From Christensenellaceae bacterium (lineage in GTDB: Bacteria > Bacillota > Clostridia > Christensenellales > Borkfalkiaceae), in contig JAZOCB010000015.1 in assembly GCA_045596265.1 (NCBI GenBank), positions 56,534 to 120,533 on the forward strand: DNA of 64,000 nt, in the 5' to 3' direction. The notes below the pieces were generated by a model. That model searched no databases and was not told the origin of the DNA. It worked only from the letters and a program-made list of their open reading frames with translations. Numbering within the stretch: the stretch's first letter is position 1; each line of letters starts with the position of its first letter. Below, one piece after another: positions 1 through 10,133 of this stretch. Both the position numbers and the translations under genes were made by a program.

Positions 1-741
1 GTCCGTGAAGACTTGGGTAAACTGTATTTCACGATATTCGACTTCCGCGACGTCACGCGCTTATTCCATGATGAAGACTTTGACGGTCCTATCGAACAGC
101 AAGACGACTTTGAACCGCATAAACCTGGTCCTGGACCTGAAACTCCACCCGTAGTACCCAAGCCCGAACACGAAAAGAGAAAGAAATACGTGCTTGGCGA
201 TACGTCGGTGGCGGTATCACAAAAACACGTGCAATATCTCGATAAAAACGGCAACCTTATCACAGAGAGCTTAATCGACTATACAAAGCGAAACGTGCGT
301 ACCAGGTATGCGTCTATGGACGATTTCTTAACTGCTTGGAACGAAGCAGACAGAAAACAAGCCATCGTAGAAGAGCTTGAAAAACGCGGTGTGTTCTTCG
401 ACGATTTATGCGACGAAGTCGGCAAAGACCTTGACCCGTTCGATATGATTTTGCATATCGTATTCGACCAACCGCCTTTGACGAGAAAGGAACGTGCGGA
501 TAAGGTTCGTAAGCGCAACTATTTTACGAAGTATGGCGAACAAGCAGCAGCCGTATTAGAAGCTCTTTTGACAAAGTATGCGGAAAGCGGTCTTGCAGAC
601 CTTGAAAATGTAGACGTGTTAAAGGTAGACCCTATTCGTTCGTTTGGAACGCAAGTGTATATCGTCAATAAGATATTTGGCGGTATCGAAAAATTCAGAC
701 AAGCAATCAAAGATTTGGAAGCGGTTATCTACGCCGCATAA
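1..741 (+). CDS. hsdR: Type I restriction enzyme R subunit (HsdR), C-terminal fragment running off the left edge
   Basis: Frame 1 is open from nt 1. The C-terminal helical region (DPFDMILHIVFDQPPLTRKERADKVRK...YFTKYGEQAAAVLEALLTKY) resembles the EcoEI-type HsdR C-terminal domain. hsdM starts 12 nt downstream. Confidence 0.7.
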   Translation, partial: VREDLGKLYFTIFDFRDVTRLFHDEDFDGPIEQQDDFEPHKPGPGPETPPVVPKPEHEKRKKYVLGDTSVAVSQKHVQYLDKNGNLITESLIDYTKRNVRTRYASMDDFLTAWNEADRKQAIVEELEKRGVFFDDLCDEVGKDLDPFDMILHIVFDQPPLTRKERADKVRKRNYFTKYGEQAAAVLEALLTKYAESGLADLENVDVLKVDPIRSFGTQVYIVNKIFGGIEKFRQAIKDLEAVIYAA

Positions 742-753
742 GGAGAAAACACT

Positions 754-2202
754 ATGGCAATGTCCGCAATGATAAAATCCCTTGAAGATATTATGCGCAA
801 AGACGCAGGCTTGAACGGTGACGCGCAGTATATTGAACAGATAACCTGGCTCTTATTCTTAAAAGCATTCGACGCAAAAGAAATGGAATGGGAACTCCGC
901 GAAAAGAACGTCGGCGTTATTCCCGAAGGCTATCGTTGGCGTGATTGGGCAGAAGATAGAGAAGGCATCACGGGCGACGCGCTTATCAAGTTCGTGGACG
1001 AACTCTTTGCAAAACTCAAAAAGCTCGACGCTTCCGACGGCGATATGCGCAAATACGTGGTGAGAAACGTGTTTGAAGATATCAACAACTATATGAAATC
1101 GGGTATCTATCTTCGTCAACTCATCAACCGTATCAACGAAAAGGTAGACTTTATCGATGCAACGCAAAAACATACCTTTAACGACTTATACGAAGGTATG
1201 CTCAAAGACTTGCAAAGCGCAGGCAGAGCAGGCGAATTCTACACTCCCCGCCCCGTCACGAACTTCATTGTGGAAAAAGTAAATCCCAAACTCGGCGAAA
1301 TTGTCCTCGACCCTGCTTGCGGTACGGGTGGTTTCTTGACGAGCACGATTGCCCATATCGGTAAAATCAACTCCACGGAAGAACTCGAACTCTTGCAAAC
1401 AACGATTAACGGTTGGGAGAAAAAGCCCTTGCCGTATCTTTTAGCAATGACAAACTTGCTTTTGCACGATATCGAAACGCCGAAAATCAAGCACGGCAAT
1501 TCCTTAAACCGCCCTATAACCGACTACACCGCAAGCGAGCGTGTAGACGTAATTGTGGCAAACCCGCCTTTTGGTGGCGCGGAAGACGCGGCAGTAAAAC
1601 AAAACTTCCCTGCGGAGTTCCAAACGAGTGAAACGGCAGACTTGTTTATGGCTCTTATCATGTACCTTTTGAAAGATAAAGGTCGTTGCGGTATCGTATT
1701 ACCCGACGGCTTTATGTTCGGTGACGGCGTAAAAGCGACGATAAAGAAAAAACTGCTTGAAGAATACGGCTTGCATACCATAATTCGATTGCCACAAGTG
1801 TTTAAGCCTTATGCGAGTGTTAACACAAATCTACTATTCTTCCAAAAAGGTGTTAGAAGTCGCGGCGTATGGTTCTATCGTTTAGACATGCCCGAGGGTG
1901 TAAAGAGTTTCTCAAAAACAAAACCTATGCAAGATAAGCACTTTGACCCCGTTCGTGAATGGTGGAACGATAAAAAGCCTATTCAAATAGACGACAAAGA
2001 CAAGGCAAGATTTTTCACTTTAGAAGAACTTGGTGAAGACGGATTAAACTACGACTTCGATAAATGTTGTCCTTTTCCACACGAAGAAGAAGAAATTTTA
2101 GAACCGAAAGAATTAGTTGCGCGTTATCAAGCGGAACGCACCGAACTTAACGGCGATATTGACCGTATCTTAGCGGAAATCACTGCAAGGTTGGGGGTAT
2201 AA
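754..2202 (+). CDS. hsdM: Type I R-M N6-adenine DNA methyltransferase subunit (HsdM)
   Basis: HsdM-type N-terminal domain (IEQITWLLFLKAF), AdoMet motif DPACGTGGFL and catalytic motif NPPFGG. It lies between hsdR and hsdS. Confidence 0.92.
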   Translation: MAMSAMIKSLEDIMRKDAGLNGDAQYIEQITWLLFLKAFDAKEMEWELREKNVGVIPEGYRWRDWAEDREGITGDALIKFVDELFAKLKKLDASDGDMRKYVVRNVFEDINNYMKSGIYLRQLINRINEKVDFIDATQKHTFNDLYEGMLKDLQSAGRAGEFYTPRPVTNFIVEKVNPKLGEIVLDPACGTGGFLTSTIAHIGKINSTEELELLQTTINGWEKKPLPYLLAMTNLLLHDIETPKIKHGNSLNRPITDYTASERVDVIVANPPFGGAEDAAVKQNFPAEFQTSETADLFMALIMYLLKDKGRCGIVLPDGFMFGDGVKATIKKKLLEEYGLHTIIRLPQVFKPYASVNTNLLFFQKGVRSRGVWFYRLDMPEGVKSFSKTKPMQDKHFDPVREWWNDKKPIQIDDKDKARFFTLEELGEDGLNYDFDKCCPFPHEEEEILEPKELVARYQAERTELNGDIDRILAEITARLGV

Positions 2203-2203
2203 T

Positions 2204-3709
2204 ATGACCGCAAAAGAACTAAAGAACTCTATTTTGCAACTTGCAGTACAAGGTAAACTCGTTTCGCAAAATAGTAATGACGAACCCGCTTCTGAACTTT
2301 TAAAGCGTATTCAAGCAGAAAAGGCGCGTTTAATTAAAGAAGGGGTATATGTTATAGACAAGAAGCACACTGCAGAACCTATTAAAGAAGACGATTTCCC
2401 GCACGACTTGCCTAATGGTTGGGAATGGGTTCGTTTTGCAGATATAGTTGCTTTTAATACTGGAAAAACACCCCCGCGACAAACGACGGCATGTTGGGAA
2501 AATGCAGTATGCCCTTGGGTTTCTATTGCAGATATGGTTGCGGATGGAATAACGCTTAATACAAAAGAAGGTGTAAGCGAAAAAGCGATACGTGAATGTT
2601 TTTCGGGTAAAATATCTTCTGCGGGAACAATGATTATGAGTTTCAAACTAACCATAGGAAAGGTTTCTATTTTAGGAATTGACGCTGTACATAATGAAGC
2701 GATTATTAGTGTTTTTCCGTTTGCTCGCAATGAAGATAAAGAAATATTGCAAAAATACTTATTCAAGATATTACCTTTAATAGCAGAAACGGGTGATTCT
2801 AAAAACGCAATAAAAGGAAAAACTCTTAATTCGACGTCTATTAGCAATTTGCTTCTGCCTATTCCCCCGCTTGCGGAACAACAAAGAATCGTTGATAAAA
2901 TCGAAGAACTATTGCCCTTAATAGAAGAATACGGAAAGGCAGAAACACGGTTGAAAGAGTTAAACGCCGATTTCCCCGATATGCTACGCAAGTCTATTTT
3001 GCAAGAAGCAGTGCAAGGCAAACTAACGGAACGTAACCCCGAAGACGAGCCTGCGTCCGAACTCTTAAAACGTATTCAAGCAGAAAAGGCGCGTTTAATC
3101 AAAGAAGGCAAACTCAAAAAAGAAAAACCACTTTCACCTATCGCGGAAGAAGAAATCCCTTTCGATGTGTTTAACGGATGGGAATGGGTAAAACTTGGCG
3201 ATATGGTATCTGTGTTTGGCGGCAAGAGAATTCCCGCGGGTAGAACACTAACAACGGAAAATACAGGGCATAAGTATATTCGCGTGTCGGATATGAAGAA
3301 TTGCAGTGTTTTGACAAAGAACTTAATGTTTGTTCCTATAGATATTTATCCGTCAATTTCAAACTACATAATACGTAAAGAAGACGTATATATTACTGTT
3401 GCGGGAACAATAGGAAAGGCGGGAAAAATTCCACCAGAAATTGATGGCGCAAATTTGACGGAAAACGCAGATAGGCTTGTGTTTAATTTTATAAATCAAG
3501 ATTGGTTAATAATGTGTATAGAATCGCCCGTTGTTCAACAACAAATTACGGAAGCGACAAAGAAAGTTGGGCAACCGAAGTTGGCGATTAAGAGGATTCA
3601 AGAGTTATTGATTCCGCTACCACCGCTTGATGAACAAAAAAGAATTGTAGCCCGCGTGGAAGAATTACTCGCTTTATGCGATAAATTAAGGTATGTGCAA
3701 AATGAGTAA
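2204..3709 (+). CDS. hsdS: Type I R-M specificity subunit (HsdS), two target-recognition domains
   Basis: Duplicated architecture: two TRDs, each followed by a conserved helix (PPLAEQQRIVDKIEELL / PPLDEQKRIVARVEELL) and preceded by the repeated DEPASELLKRIQAEKARLIKEG. The start is 1 nt after the hsdM stop. Confidence 0.9.
   Translation: MTAKELKNSILQLAVQGKLVSQNSNDEPASELLKRIQAEKARLIKEGVYVIDKKHTAEPIKEDDFPHDLPNGWEWVRFADIVAFNTGKTPPRQTTACWENAVCPWVSIADMVADGITLNTKEGVSEKAIRECFSGKISSAGTMIMSFKLTIGKVSILGIDAVHNEAIISVFPFARNEDKEILQKYLFKILPLIAETGDSKNAIKGKTLNSTSISNLLLPIPPLAEQQRIVDKIEELLPLIEEYGKAETRLKELNADFPDMLRKSILQEAVQGKLTERNPEDEPASELLKRIQAEKARLIKEGKLKKEKPLSPIAEEEIPFDVFNGWEWVKLGDMVSVFGGKRIPAGRTLTTENTGHKYIRVSDMKNCSVLTKNLMFVPIDIYPSISNYIIRKEDVYITVAGTIGKAGKIPPEIDGANLTENADRLVFNFINQDWLIMCIESPVVQQQITEATKKVGQPKLAIKRIQELLIPLPPLDEQKRIVARVEELLALCDKLRYVQNE
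2279..2344 (+). repeat. HsdS internal conserved-region repeat, copy 1
   Basis: Encodes DEPASELLKRIQAEKARLIKEG. The 29-nt core CGTATTCAAGCAGAAAAGGCGCGTTTAAT (2306-2334) is identical to 3071-3099. Confidence 0.9.
3044..3109 (+). repeat. HsdS internal conserved-region repeat, copy 2
   Basis: Same peptide and the same 29-nt identical core as 2306-2334. This is a typical substrate for TRD shuffling in type I S subunits. Confidence 0.9.
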
Positions 3710-4514
3710 CTATCTTGTATTTACTGATGAAGCGGGGAATTATACAAGCCATCCAAGCGAAAAGCACATAAGTAGTCATCCATTCTATATTAGGTCTTAC
3801 GTTAAAATGTCGGCGGAAGATTATCGTCAATATCAGATAGATATGCAACGAATAAACGGAATGTATGAAATCCCTTTTGAAGAAGAGATTAAATGGTCGG
3901 ATTTAGGAACAAAGCACAAAAAAGGTGCGCCGAGAACTTCTACGATAGAGCAAATGTCGTTGGACCGTTTGAAAAAATATTTTCGAGCTGTATTAGAAGC
4001 GGCGACGAATAAAGAATCTTTATCCTTTTTATACACCGTAACCGATATCGTTGGGCGCACTTGTTGGATTGGGGAAGATGATATTTATTCTCATCATCTT
4101 CAAGCCGCCTTTCAACGAATACAAATGAGCGCAAAGCCCGATGATTTCGCTATGTTTATTATGGACGAGTTGAATGAAAAGGCTGTAAAACAAATCAAGG
4201 CTGCTTGTCATACTTTCACAGTAAAAGGCGATTTTGTTGAGTACAAAAATTTATACCAAGGTGTATTAACAGAAAACAGTTTGTATAGTCCAGGCATTCA
4301 ACTTGCCGATTATGCGGCGGGAATAATGAATAACTATTTACGTCGAAACATACTATCCCCTAAAAATTATGAGTTCGCGGCTGATTTATACAACGATTTT
4401 ATAATGCCACATTTAAGATGTTCTGCTTATGATACATTCGTTGGATATGGGGTGATTAACATACCAAGAAAAACACCGTTTCTTCCTATATTAGAAAGTA
4501 TTTTTGATAATTAA
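3702..4514 (+). CDS. DUF3800-like protein (uncharacterised), co-oriented with and overlapping the hsdS end
   Basis: N-terminal LVFTDEAGNY and later GIQLADYAAG match the D-E-x-G ... Q-x-A-D signature I associate with DUF3800. The ORF opens at 3693, but the ATG at 3702 sits 10 nt after AAGG. It overlaps the hsdS stop. Confidence 0.6.
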   Translation: MSNYLVFTDEAGNYTSHPSEKHISSHPFYIRSYVKMSAEDYRQYQIDMQRINGMYEIPFEEEIKWSDLGTKHKKGAPRTSTIEQMSLDRLKKYFRAVLEAATNKESLSFLYTVTDIVGRTCWIGEDDIYSHHLQAAFQRIQMSAKPDDFAMFIMDELNEKAVKQIKAACHTFTVKGDFVEYKNLYQGVLTENSLYSPGIQLADYAAGIMNNYLRRNILSPKNYEFAADLYNDFIMPHLRCSAYDTFVGYGVINIPRKTPFLPILESIFDN

Positions 4515-4528
4515 TTAAGGAGCTTGTT

Positions 4529-5323
4529 TTGAAAACTGCGGATAATGAAAATTTTATTCTAGAAAATTTTAGAATGGTTTCCAAAAAAGAAACTTTACTT
4601 TTAGGCAACGTTTTTACTTGTGCAAAAATACGGGACTCTCTAGTCAATTATTTTAAATGTACGCATTGGATTGACTCTTCTGCGAAGAACGCTCCTCCCC
4701 CTGATTTTTACAATGATAAATTAAAAATGATGATGGACGTTATGCGTATAGATGATAACGCCTACGTAGATAAAAACGGCAAAGTTCAAAACCCCATTTA
4801 TAAAAAAGAAAACGAATTATTGAAAAGTTATTTTGGTAAGGATTATAAAAAAGAACGTGATGATATAAGTTGCTTTGTTGTTGCTTCAAGCGGACTCCCT
4901 ACACATCAAGACCATAATTTTACTAGGTATTTTGATAATTTTAAACGCGTATTTGAACATCACAACAAAAAGGTTGCTAACTATAAAAAGAATCATCCAG
5001 GATATAAAACAATATTCTTTGTATTCGATGAATCAACAGCATACATCGAAGCAATAGATAAAGAACATGTAAGAGAAAATCCGCAAAAAGGAGAAATATC
5101 TTGTGGCAAACCTCATCTTGCCTGCTGTGATAAAAGATTTTTAGACGTTATAATAAACTCTGAAATTGACTATGTGATTTGGTATACGCCATACAAGTTA
5201 ATTACAGGTATCAACGGAAAAATGTTTCCCCTTCCTAAAGTTGCCATTATTGAGCGTGCTAAAATACCACAAGAAGCTTTTCAAATTTATAATAGCGATT
5301 TAATGATAAGTTCCGAAGTGTAA
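4529..5323 (+). CDS. Hypothetical protein (264 aa), last gene of the R-M cluster
   Basis: TTG start 6 nt after the AAGGAG RBS (4517-4522). AT-rich like the R-M genes. No motif recognised. A very strong hairpin follows at 5448-5484. Confidence 0.6.
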   Translation: MKTADNENFILENFRMVSKKETLLLGNVFTCAKIRDSLVNYFKCTHWIDSSAKNAPPPDFYNDKLKMMMDVMRIDDNAYVDKNGKVQNPIYKKENELLKSYFGKDYKKERDDISCFVVASSGLPTHQDHNFTRYFDNFKRVFEHHNKKVANYKKNHPGYKTIFFVFDESTAYIEAIDKEHVRENPQKGEISCGKPHLACCDKRFLDVIINSEIDYVIWYTPYKLITGINGKMFPLPKVAIIERAKIPQEAFQIYNSDLMISSEV

Positions 5324-5447
5324 AAAATCGGGAGGGTTGCATAAGCTTAAATAGTTTTATCTTTTGGGTGGGGCTTGGTGTCCTGCACTTATTTTATAAT
5401 TAAAGAGAGCGTAAAAATTGTTCGTTTTACGCATCTATTGGCTCACC

Positions 5448-5484
5448 AGAAAACAAGCAGTACGTTTCGTACTGCTTGTTTTCT
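5448..5484 (+). terminator. 17-bp perfect stem-loop (probable terminator closing the R-M cluster)
   Basis: AGAAAACAAGCAGTACG-TTT-CGTACTGCTTGTTTTCT. Confidence 0.65.
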
Positions 5485-5810
5485 GCGTTATCCCTTTCCT
5501 GACTTGAACTCACCGAGAAGGCGGAGTATATGTGCCTTGAAACACCGCGTGTTGAAAGTTTTATCCTGAAAAAGTCTAACGAGGTAGTTCGCATTCCGCT
5601 TTTGCGGAATACTTTCGAGGGCCCCCACTTGCGGGAAACGGCAAAATCTCGTAGGGGTCACAATTTTGCCTTTATTTGTGTCTTAAGCCTTATCTCTCCC
5701 CGCCCCCGAGGAAAGGGGTTTTGTCAAAAGACGCAGAAAGGGGTTTTTGAGGGGAACAAAATTAAAAAGAAATATTCTTTTTAAAGGGTGTGATTTTTAG
5801 TAAATTTCAG

Positions 5811-5839
5811 TTGACAGTAAAAACGCTTTTTGATAGAAT
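5811..5839 (+). promoter_or_regulatory. SigA-type promoter upstream of the anion permease
   Basis: TTGACA, 17-nt spacer, TAGAAT. Confidence 0.5.
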
Positions 5840-5897
5840 TTATAGCCGGTGGCCACGGCCAGACACCAAGGAACCAAAAGGAATACCTTAACTAAAA

Positions 5898-7043
5898 ATG
5901 GAAGCGATCAAAAAGCGCCCGGCAGCACATTTTCACCACGGGCACGAGGTAAAAGTCTTTATAAAAAAGAACGCAGTGATGCTTATCGCCCTTTTGGCGG
6001 CGACTGTCACCTGCTTTTTCGTACCCCTCGACAGGGAATATTTATCCTATTTTGACTTTAAGACCTTAACCTGTCTGTTTTGCGTGCTGGCAGTGGTGTG
6101 CGCCCTTAAAAACATCAACTTTTTTTACATACTCGCCCAAAAGATAGTATCGGTCTTCAAAACCACCCGAAGCAGCATCCTTGCCCTTGTGTACGTCACT
6201 TTTATCGGGTCAATGCTTATCGCAAACGATATGGCGCTTCTCACCTTTTTGCCCCTTGGCTTTTTCGTCCTTAACGTAACGGGCAAGAAAAAGCACATGG
6301 CCTTCACCTTTATCATGCAGACCCTGGCGGCAAACCTTGGCGGAATGCTTACCCCCTTCGGCAACCCCCAAAACCTTTACCTTTACACGAAATTTTCCAT
6401 CCCCGCGTGGGAGCTTATGTCCATCATGGCCGTCCCGTTTATCTTATCCATTGCACTTATCACGGCCTGTTGCTTTATCTTTGTCAGAAAGGAGGCCCTT
6501 GACCTCCCCCGTGAAAAGGTACCCCTGGACACCAAAAAAGCCATAACGTACCTGGTTTTATTTGCCCTTTCAATAATAATCGTCTTCAGGATAATCCATT
6601 ATCTTATCGGTCTTGCCGTAATAGTTTTGTCCCTTTTGATCCTTGACAGAAAGGCTTTAAAAAGCGTGGACTACGGCCTTTTGCTGACCTTTGTATTCTT
6701 TTTTGTCTTTTCCGGAAACATGGCAAGGATCCCCGCCGTAAGAAATACTTTTTCTGCCCTCCTTGAAAAAAACACCCTGCTTGTGACGACACTTTCCTGC
6801 CAGATGATAAGCAATGTCCCCACCGCCATACTTATGTCCCAGTTTACGGGGAACTATCCACAACTTTTGCTCGGCGTAAATATCGGCGGCGTAGGCACGC
6901 TTATTTCCTCCCTCGCAAGCCTTATTACCTTCAGGGAATACACCGCCCACAACCCCCACAGCGCAGGCAAATACATTGCTGAATTTTCCGCCTTTAACTT
7001 TGGCTTCCTTGGGGTGATGCTGGCAGTATGCTCCCTTTTGTAA
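5898..7043 (+). CDS. ArsB/NhaD-superfamily anion permease (YbiR-like)
   Basis: Polytopic membrane protein with the GNPQNLYLY motif typical of this permease superfamily. The start is uncertain: weak RBS, and an internal Met at MLIALLAA is possible. Confidence 0.7.
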   Translation: MEAIKKRPAAHFHHGHEVKVFIKKNAVMLIALLAATVTCFFVPLDREYLSYFDFKTLTCLFCVLAVVCALKNINFFYILAQKIVSVFKTTRSSILALVYVTFIGSMLIANDMALLTFLPLGFFVLNVTGKKKHMAFTFIMQTLAANLGGMLTPFGNPQNLYLYTKFSIPAWELMSIMAVPFILSIALITACCFIFVRKEALDLPREKVPLDTKKAITYLVLFALSIIIVFRIIHYLIGLAVIVLSLLILDRKALKSVDYGLLLTFVFFFVFSGNMARIPAVRNTFSALLEKNTLLVTTLSCQMISNVPTAILMSQFTGNYPQLLLGVNIGGVGTLISSLASLITFREYTAHNPHSAGKYIAEFSAFNFGFLGVMLAVCSLL

Positions 7044-7074
7044 CCCCTTATTAAAACTTAACGCAATTTTATCC

Positions 7075-7101
7075 GCCGCCCCTTATCGGGGCGGCCTTTT
7101 T
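7075..7101 (+). terminator. Rho-independent terminator after the permease
   Basis: GCCGCCCC-TTATC-GGGGCGGC followed by CTTTTTA. Confidence 0.7.
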
Positions 7102-7241
7102 ATCGTCCGCAAAATATCGCCCATCCCTTGCAAAAAAGACTTTTTTTGGCAAAAAAGGTTGCCGCCCGAAAAAAAGTGGCTTTTAGTAAATTTTAGTCGC
7201 AAAAAAGTTTGTTTTTTGCCATTCTTTTTTTCATTTAACCC

Positions 7242-7270
7242 TTGAAATAAGCAAACCTCCATGATATAAT
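7242..7270 (+). promoter_or_regulatory. SigA-type promoter of the sugar operon
   Basis: TTGAAA, 17-nt spacer, TATAAT. Confidence 0.55.
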
Positions 7271-7398
7271 ATTTACACAATCTATACAAAACTATCATTT
7301 TATATATAGATAGGGAAAAAACCAACGGCATTTTTAAAATACCGCGTGAATCAAGTCATGCGTTTATAATATGAAATAGACTAATTGGGGAGACACTG

Positions 7399-8862
7399 AT
7401 GAAAAAAACACACGAACTTGACTCGAAAGGCTTCCGCAAATTTGGCATAAGAGACAGTCTTGCCTATGCGGCTGGCGATTTCGGCTGCAACATGAGCTTC
7501 GCCCTGAAAGGCACCATGGCTATCTTCTGGACACAGTTTATGAAGATGGATTCCATTTTGTACGCAGGGCTTCTTATCCTGGTCCAGATTTGGGACGCCA
7601 TTAACGACCCGCTTATCGGCACCATTATCGACAACGACAAAAAAAGGAAGTACAAAAGGGGGAAATTCCTTGCCTACATCTGGCTTGGCTCACTTGGCCT
7701 TCTCGTTGCGGGGGCGCTATGCTTTATCCCGTGGGTCAAAAACTCACAGCCCATTGTAAAGGCCATTGTCTTCGTTGCGGGGTACATTCTTTGGGATGCC
7801 TTCTACACCATCGCAAACGTGCCGTACGGCTCACTTTTGTCGCTTATTTCCAACGAGCCTGCAGACAGAGCTTCACTTTCGGCATGGCGCTCCGTCGGAT
7901 CAATGATAGGTAACATGGTACCCATGGTTATCCTTCCCATGATCATTTACGATGCAAACAACAACATCCTTGGTGAACGCGTATTTATCGCCGCCCTTAT
8001 AATGGGTGTGGCAGGATTTTTAGCCTTCCAGTTTATGATCCGCAATACGGTCATCCGCGTTGACGATAACGTTGCCGTCAGCGAAGCGCCGCAAAAATTC
8101 AACGTGCTTAAGGCAATCGGCAACTTTGTCAAAAACCGCCCCGCAGTAGGCGCAACCGTTGCCGCCATGGGTATGTTTATCGGTATGCAGGCGGCCACAA
8201 CCGCAGTTACCGTTATGTTCCAGTCATACTTTAAGAACGTAGCCATCTCCGGTATCGTAACAATGTTCTCTATGATACCGATCGTTGCATTTACCCCCCT
8301 TGCCCGTAAGTTCGTTGTAAAATACGGCAAAAAGGAGCTTTCAACCATTGGCGCTATCTGCTCTGTAGTAGCGTGCGCCATCATGCTTCTTGCCCCGATC
8401 ACCCCCGACTTTAAGGGCCTTGTCTTATACGTTTTATGCCAGCTTGTAAACTCCCTTGGTATGGGTATTTACAGCACGGTTTCCTGGTCAATGATGGGCG
8501 ACGCCATCGACTATAACGAATGGAAGTTCGGCACCCGTGAGGAGGGTACCGTTTACTCACTCCACTCCTTCTTCAGAAAGCTTGCCCAGGGCATCGGCCC
8601 GTCTTTAGCGCTTGTTATAATGGTTGCGTTAGGATACTCCGAGATCAACGCAGGTAACCAGCTTTTCTCGGTAGCACTTAATATGCGCTATCTTGTTGCC
8701 GCACTTTACCTCTTTGCTGCCGTAATGCAGTTTGTGGGCCTTGCACTTATCTACAACCTTGATAAGAAGACCTTGAACAAGATGACTGCAGAGCTTAACC
8801 AAAGACACGCAAGCACCCAGGCACAGGCTGAAGCCCCTGCCGACGGCGAAGCAAATGCATAA
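7399..8862 (+). CDS. GPH-family glycoside/pentoside/hexuronide:cation symporter
   Basis: 12-TM-type protein with the N-terminal GPH signature (LAYAAGDFGCN...WDAINDPLIGTIID). It is followed by a binding-protein lipoprotein and a GH2 enzyme. Confidence 0.85.
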   Translation: MKKTHELDSKGFRKFGIRDSLAYAAGDFGCNMSFALKGTMAIFWTQFMKMDSILYAGLLILVQIWDAINDPLIGTIIDNDKKRKYKRGKFLAYIWLGSLGLLVAGALCFIPWVKNSQPIVKAIVFVAGYILWDAFYTIANVPYGSLLSLISNEPADRASLSAWRSVGSMIGNMVPMVILPMIIYDANNNILGERVFIAALIMGVAGFLAFQFMIRNTVIRVDDNVAVSEAPQKFNVLKAIGNFVKNRPAVGATVAAMGMFIGMQAATTAVTVMFQSYFKNVAISGIVTMFSMIPIVAFTPLARKFVVKYGKKELSTIGAICSVVACAIMLLAPITPDFKGLVLYVLCQLVNSLGMGIYSTVSWSMMGDAIDYNEWKFGTREEGTVYSLHSFFRKLAQGIGPSLALVIMVALGYSEINAGNQLFSVALNMRYLVAALYLFAAVMQFVGLALIYNLDKKTLNKMTAELNQRHASTQAQAEAPADGEANA

Positions 8863-8879
8863 CAGTGGAGGTACTTAAA

Positions 8880-10031
8880 ATGAAAAAATCAATATCCTTA
8901 TTACTTATCCTTCTTTTAAGCTTCTCCGTAGTCCTTTTCACCGGATGCGGTACCGTAAACGATACGGAGGTATCCGTCCTTTGGGCTGAAGAAGCCACCA
9001 CCATCAACCCTAACAGCCTTCTCAACTCCATGGACAGGGCAATGTATATTGAAAAAGTTTCTCACGTAAGCTACGGCGCAAAGGGCGACGCCGATGCTCA
9101 GCTTCAACAGGCAAAGGACGCCGTTGACAAAGGATGTGCCGTCCTGGTCGTTGAACTCATTTCCCCGCTGAACGCCGCCGAAATAGTGGATTACGCCAAG
9201 GCAAAAAATATCCCCGTCGTATTTATCAACACCAATCAACTGGTACCGCAAAGCGTTGTTAGCGGCTACGATAAATGCGCCGTAGTAACTGCCGATATGA
9301 CCACCATCGCGGAGGTCAAGGGAAGAATGACCGCTGATTACGTCAAGGCAAACTTTAAAAAGCTTGACAAAAATAAAGACGGCAAGATCACCTATTACGC
9401 TTACGATCTGGGCCTTGTGTCAACCTCCGCCGTACAAAAGGCAAACGACCTTCTCAAAACGGAGGACTACAAGGTTAAAGCCGCCGACAAAAATGAAATA
9501 AACACCTCTTTGGAGCTTGCTGACGTAGGTCTTACCGAAGCCATCACCGGCATTGACCCCACCACCTTTGAGCTTATTTTGACCGCTGACGACGTAACCG
9601 CCTTTGAGGTGCTTAAAAAGCTTCAGGAAAAGGATTACAATACGGACAAGCTGACGACCCAATTCGTTCCCGTTATGACCGTTGGCAACAGCATGGACTA
9701 TAAGGCGTACGTTGCGGCACAGGGCAAGGAAAACTTTGAAGCCAACAAGTATCTTGTAGATCTTACCGGTATTAAGGAAAAGAAGCTTGAAAAAACCCTT
9801 GCTGAAATGATCTATACGACCGGCAACGTAATAAGCACGGGCAGACTTTCCGGCTCCGTTATCGCTGACGACGACGCCATTGCCGGTGCAGTTGCACAGA
9901 TGGTAAGAAACCTTGTAAAGGGTAAAGACGTTATGGACGGCGTTGCCTCCAAGATTAAGGAGGGCGAGACCCCATCCGTATCCGTTGACGGCCAAAACGT
10001 CCTCGTACGCTATATTCCCTTGACCGAATAA
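8880..10031 (+). CDS. Lipoprotein, type-I periplasmic-binding-protein fold (MglB/RbsB-like sugar-binding)
   Basis: Signal peptide plus lipobox (LFTGC). The segment GDADAQLQQAKDAVDKGCAVLVVELISPLNAAEIVDYAKAKNIPVVFINT parallels the MglB/RbsB N-lobe. ATG 8880 sits 8 nt after GGAGG; the ORF opens at GTG 8865. Confidence 0.7.
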   Translation: MKKSISLLLILLLSFSVVLFTGCGTVNDTEVSVLWAEEATTINPNSLLNSMDRAMYIEKVSHVSYGAKGDADAQLQQAKDAVDKGCAVLVVELISPLNAAEIVDYAKAKNIPVVFINTNQLVPQSVVSGYDKCAVVTADMTTIAEVKGRMTADYVKANFKKLDKNKDGKITYYAYDLGLVSTSAVQKANDLLKTEDYKVKAADKNEINTSLELADVGLTEAITGIDPTTFELILTADDVTAFEVLKKLQEKDYNTDKLTTQFVPVMTVGNSMDYKAYVAAQGKENFEANKYLVDLTGIKEKKLEKTLAEMIYTTGNVISTGRLSGSVIADDDAIAGAVAQMVRNLVKGKDVMDGVASKIKEGETPSVSVDGQNVLVRYIPLTE

Positions 10032-10092
10032 TCTTAATACCAATGCCTCCTCCCGCAAATTCGTGAAAGGCATTTATATCAAACGGTAAACG

Positions 10093-10116
10093 CGTTGACG
10101 CCCCACGGCGTCAACG
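10093..10116 (+). other. Intercistronic 10-bp perfect stem-loop between the lipoprotein gene and the GH2 gene
   Basis: CGTTGACGCC-CCAC-GGCGTCAACG with no T-run. Possible processing or stability element. Confidence 0.5.
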
Positions 10117-10133
10117 TTACCCTGGAGAAAATC

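Noticed and set aside
5375-6055. Three short overlapping ORFs (64, 84 and 68 aa) in the spacer after the R-M cluster
   Set aside because: They have no RBS, cross strong hairpins, and have biased basic composition. The region is better treated as non-coding (terminators plus the permease promoter).
10095-10133. TTG-initiated N-terminal extension of the GH2 ORF (and similar ORF-track extensions at 8865, 23329, 26150, 33960, 49951, 51726, 54221)
   Set aside because: The extensions cross hairpins or repeats and lack an RBS. Internal ATGs with Shine-Dalgarno sequences or overlap-coupling give N-termini typical for the families.
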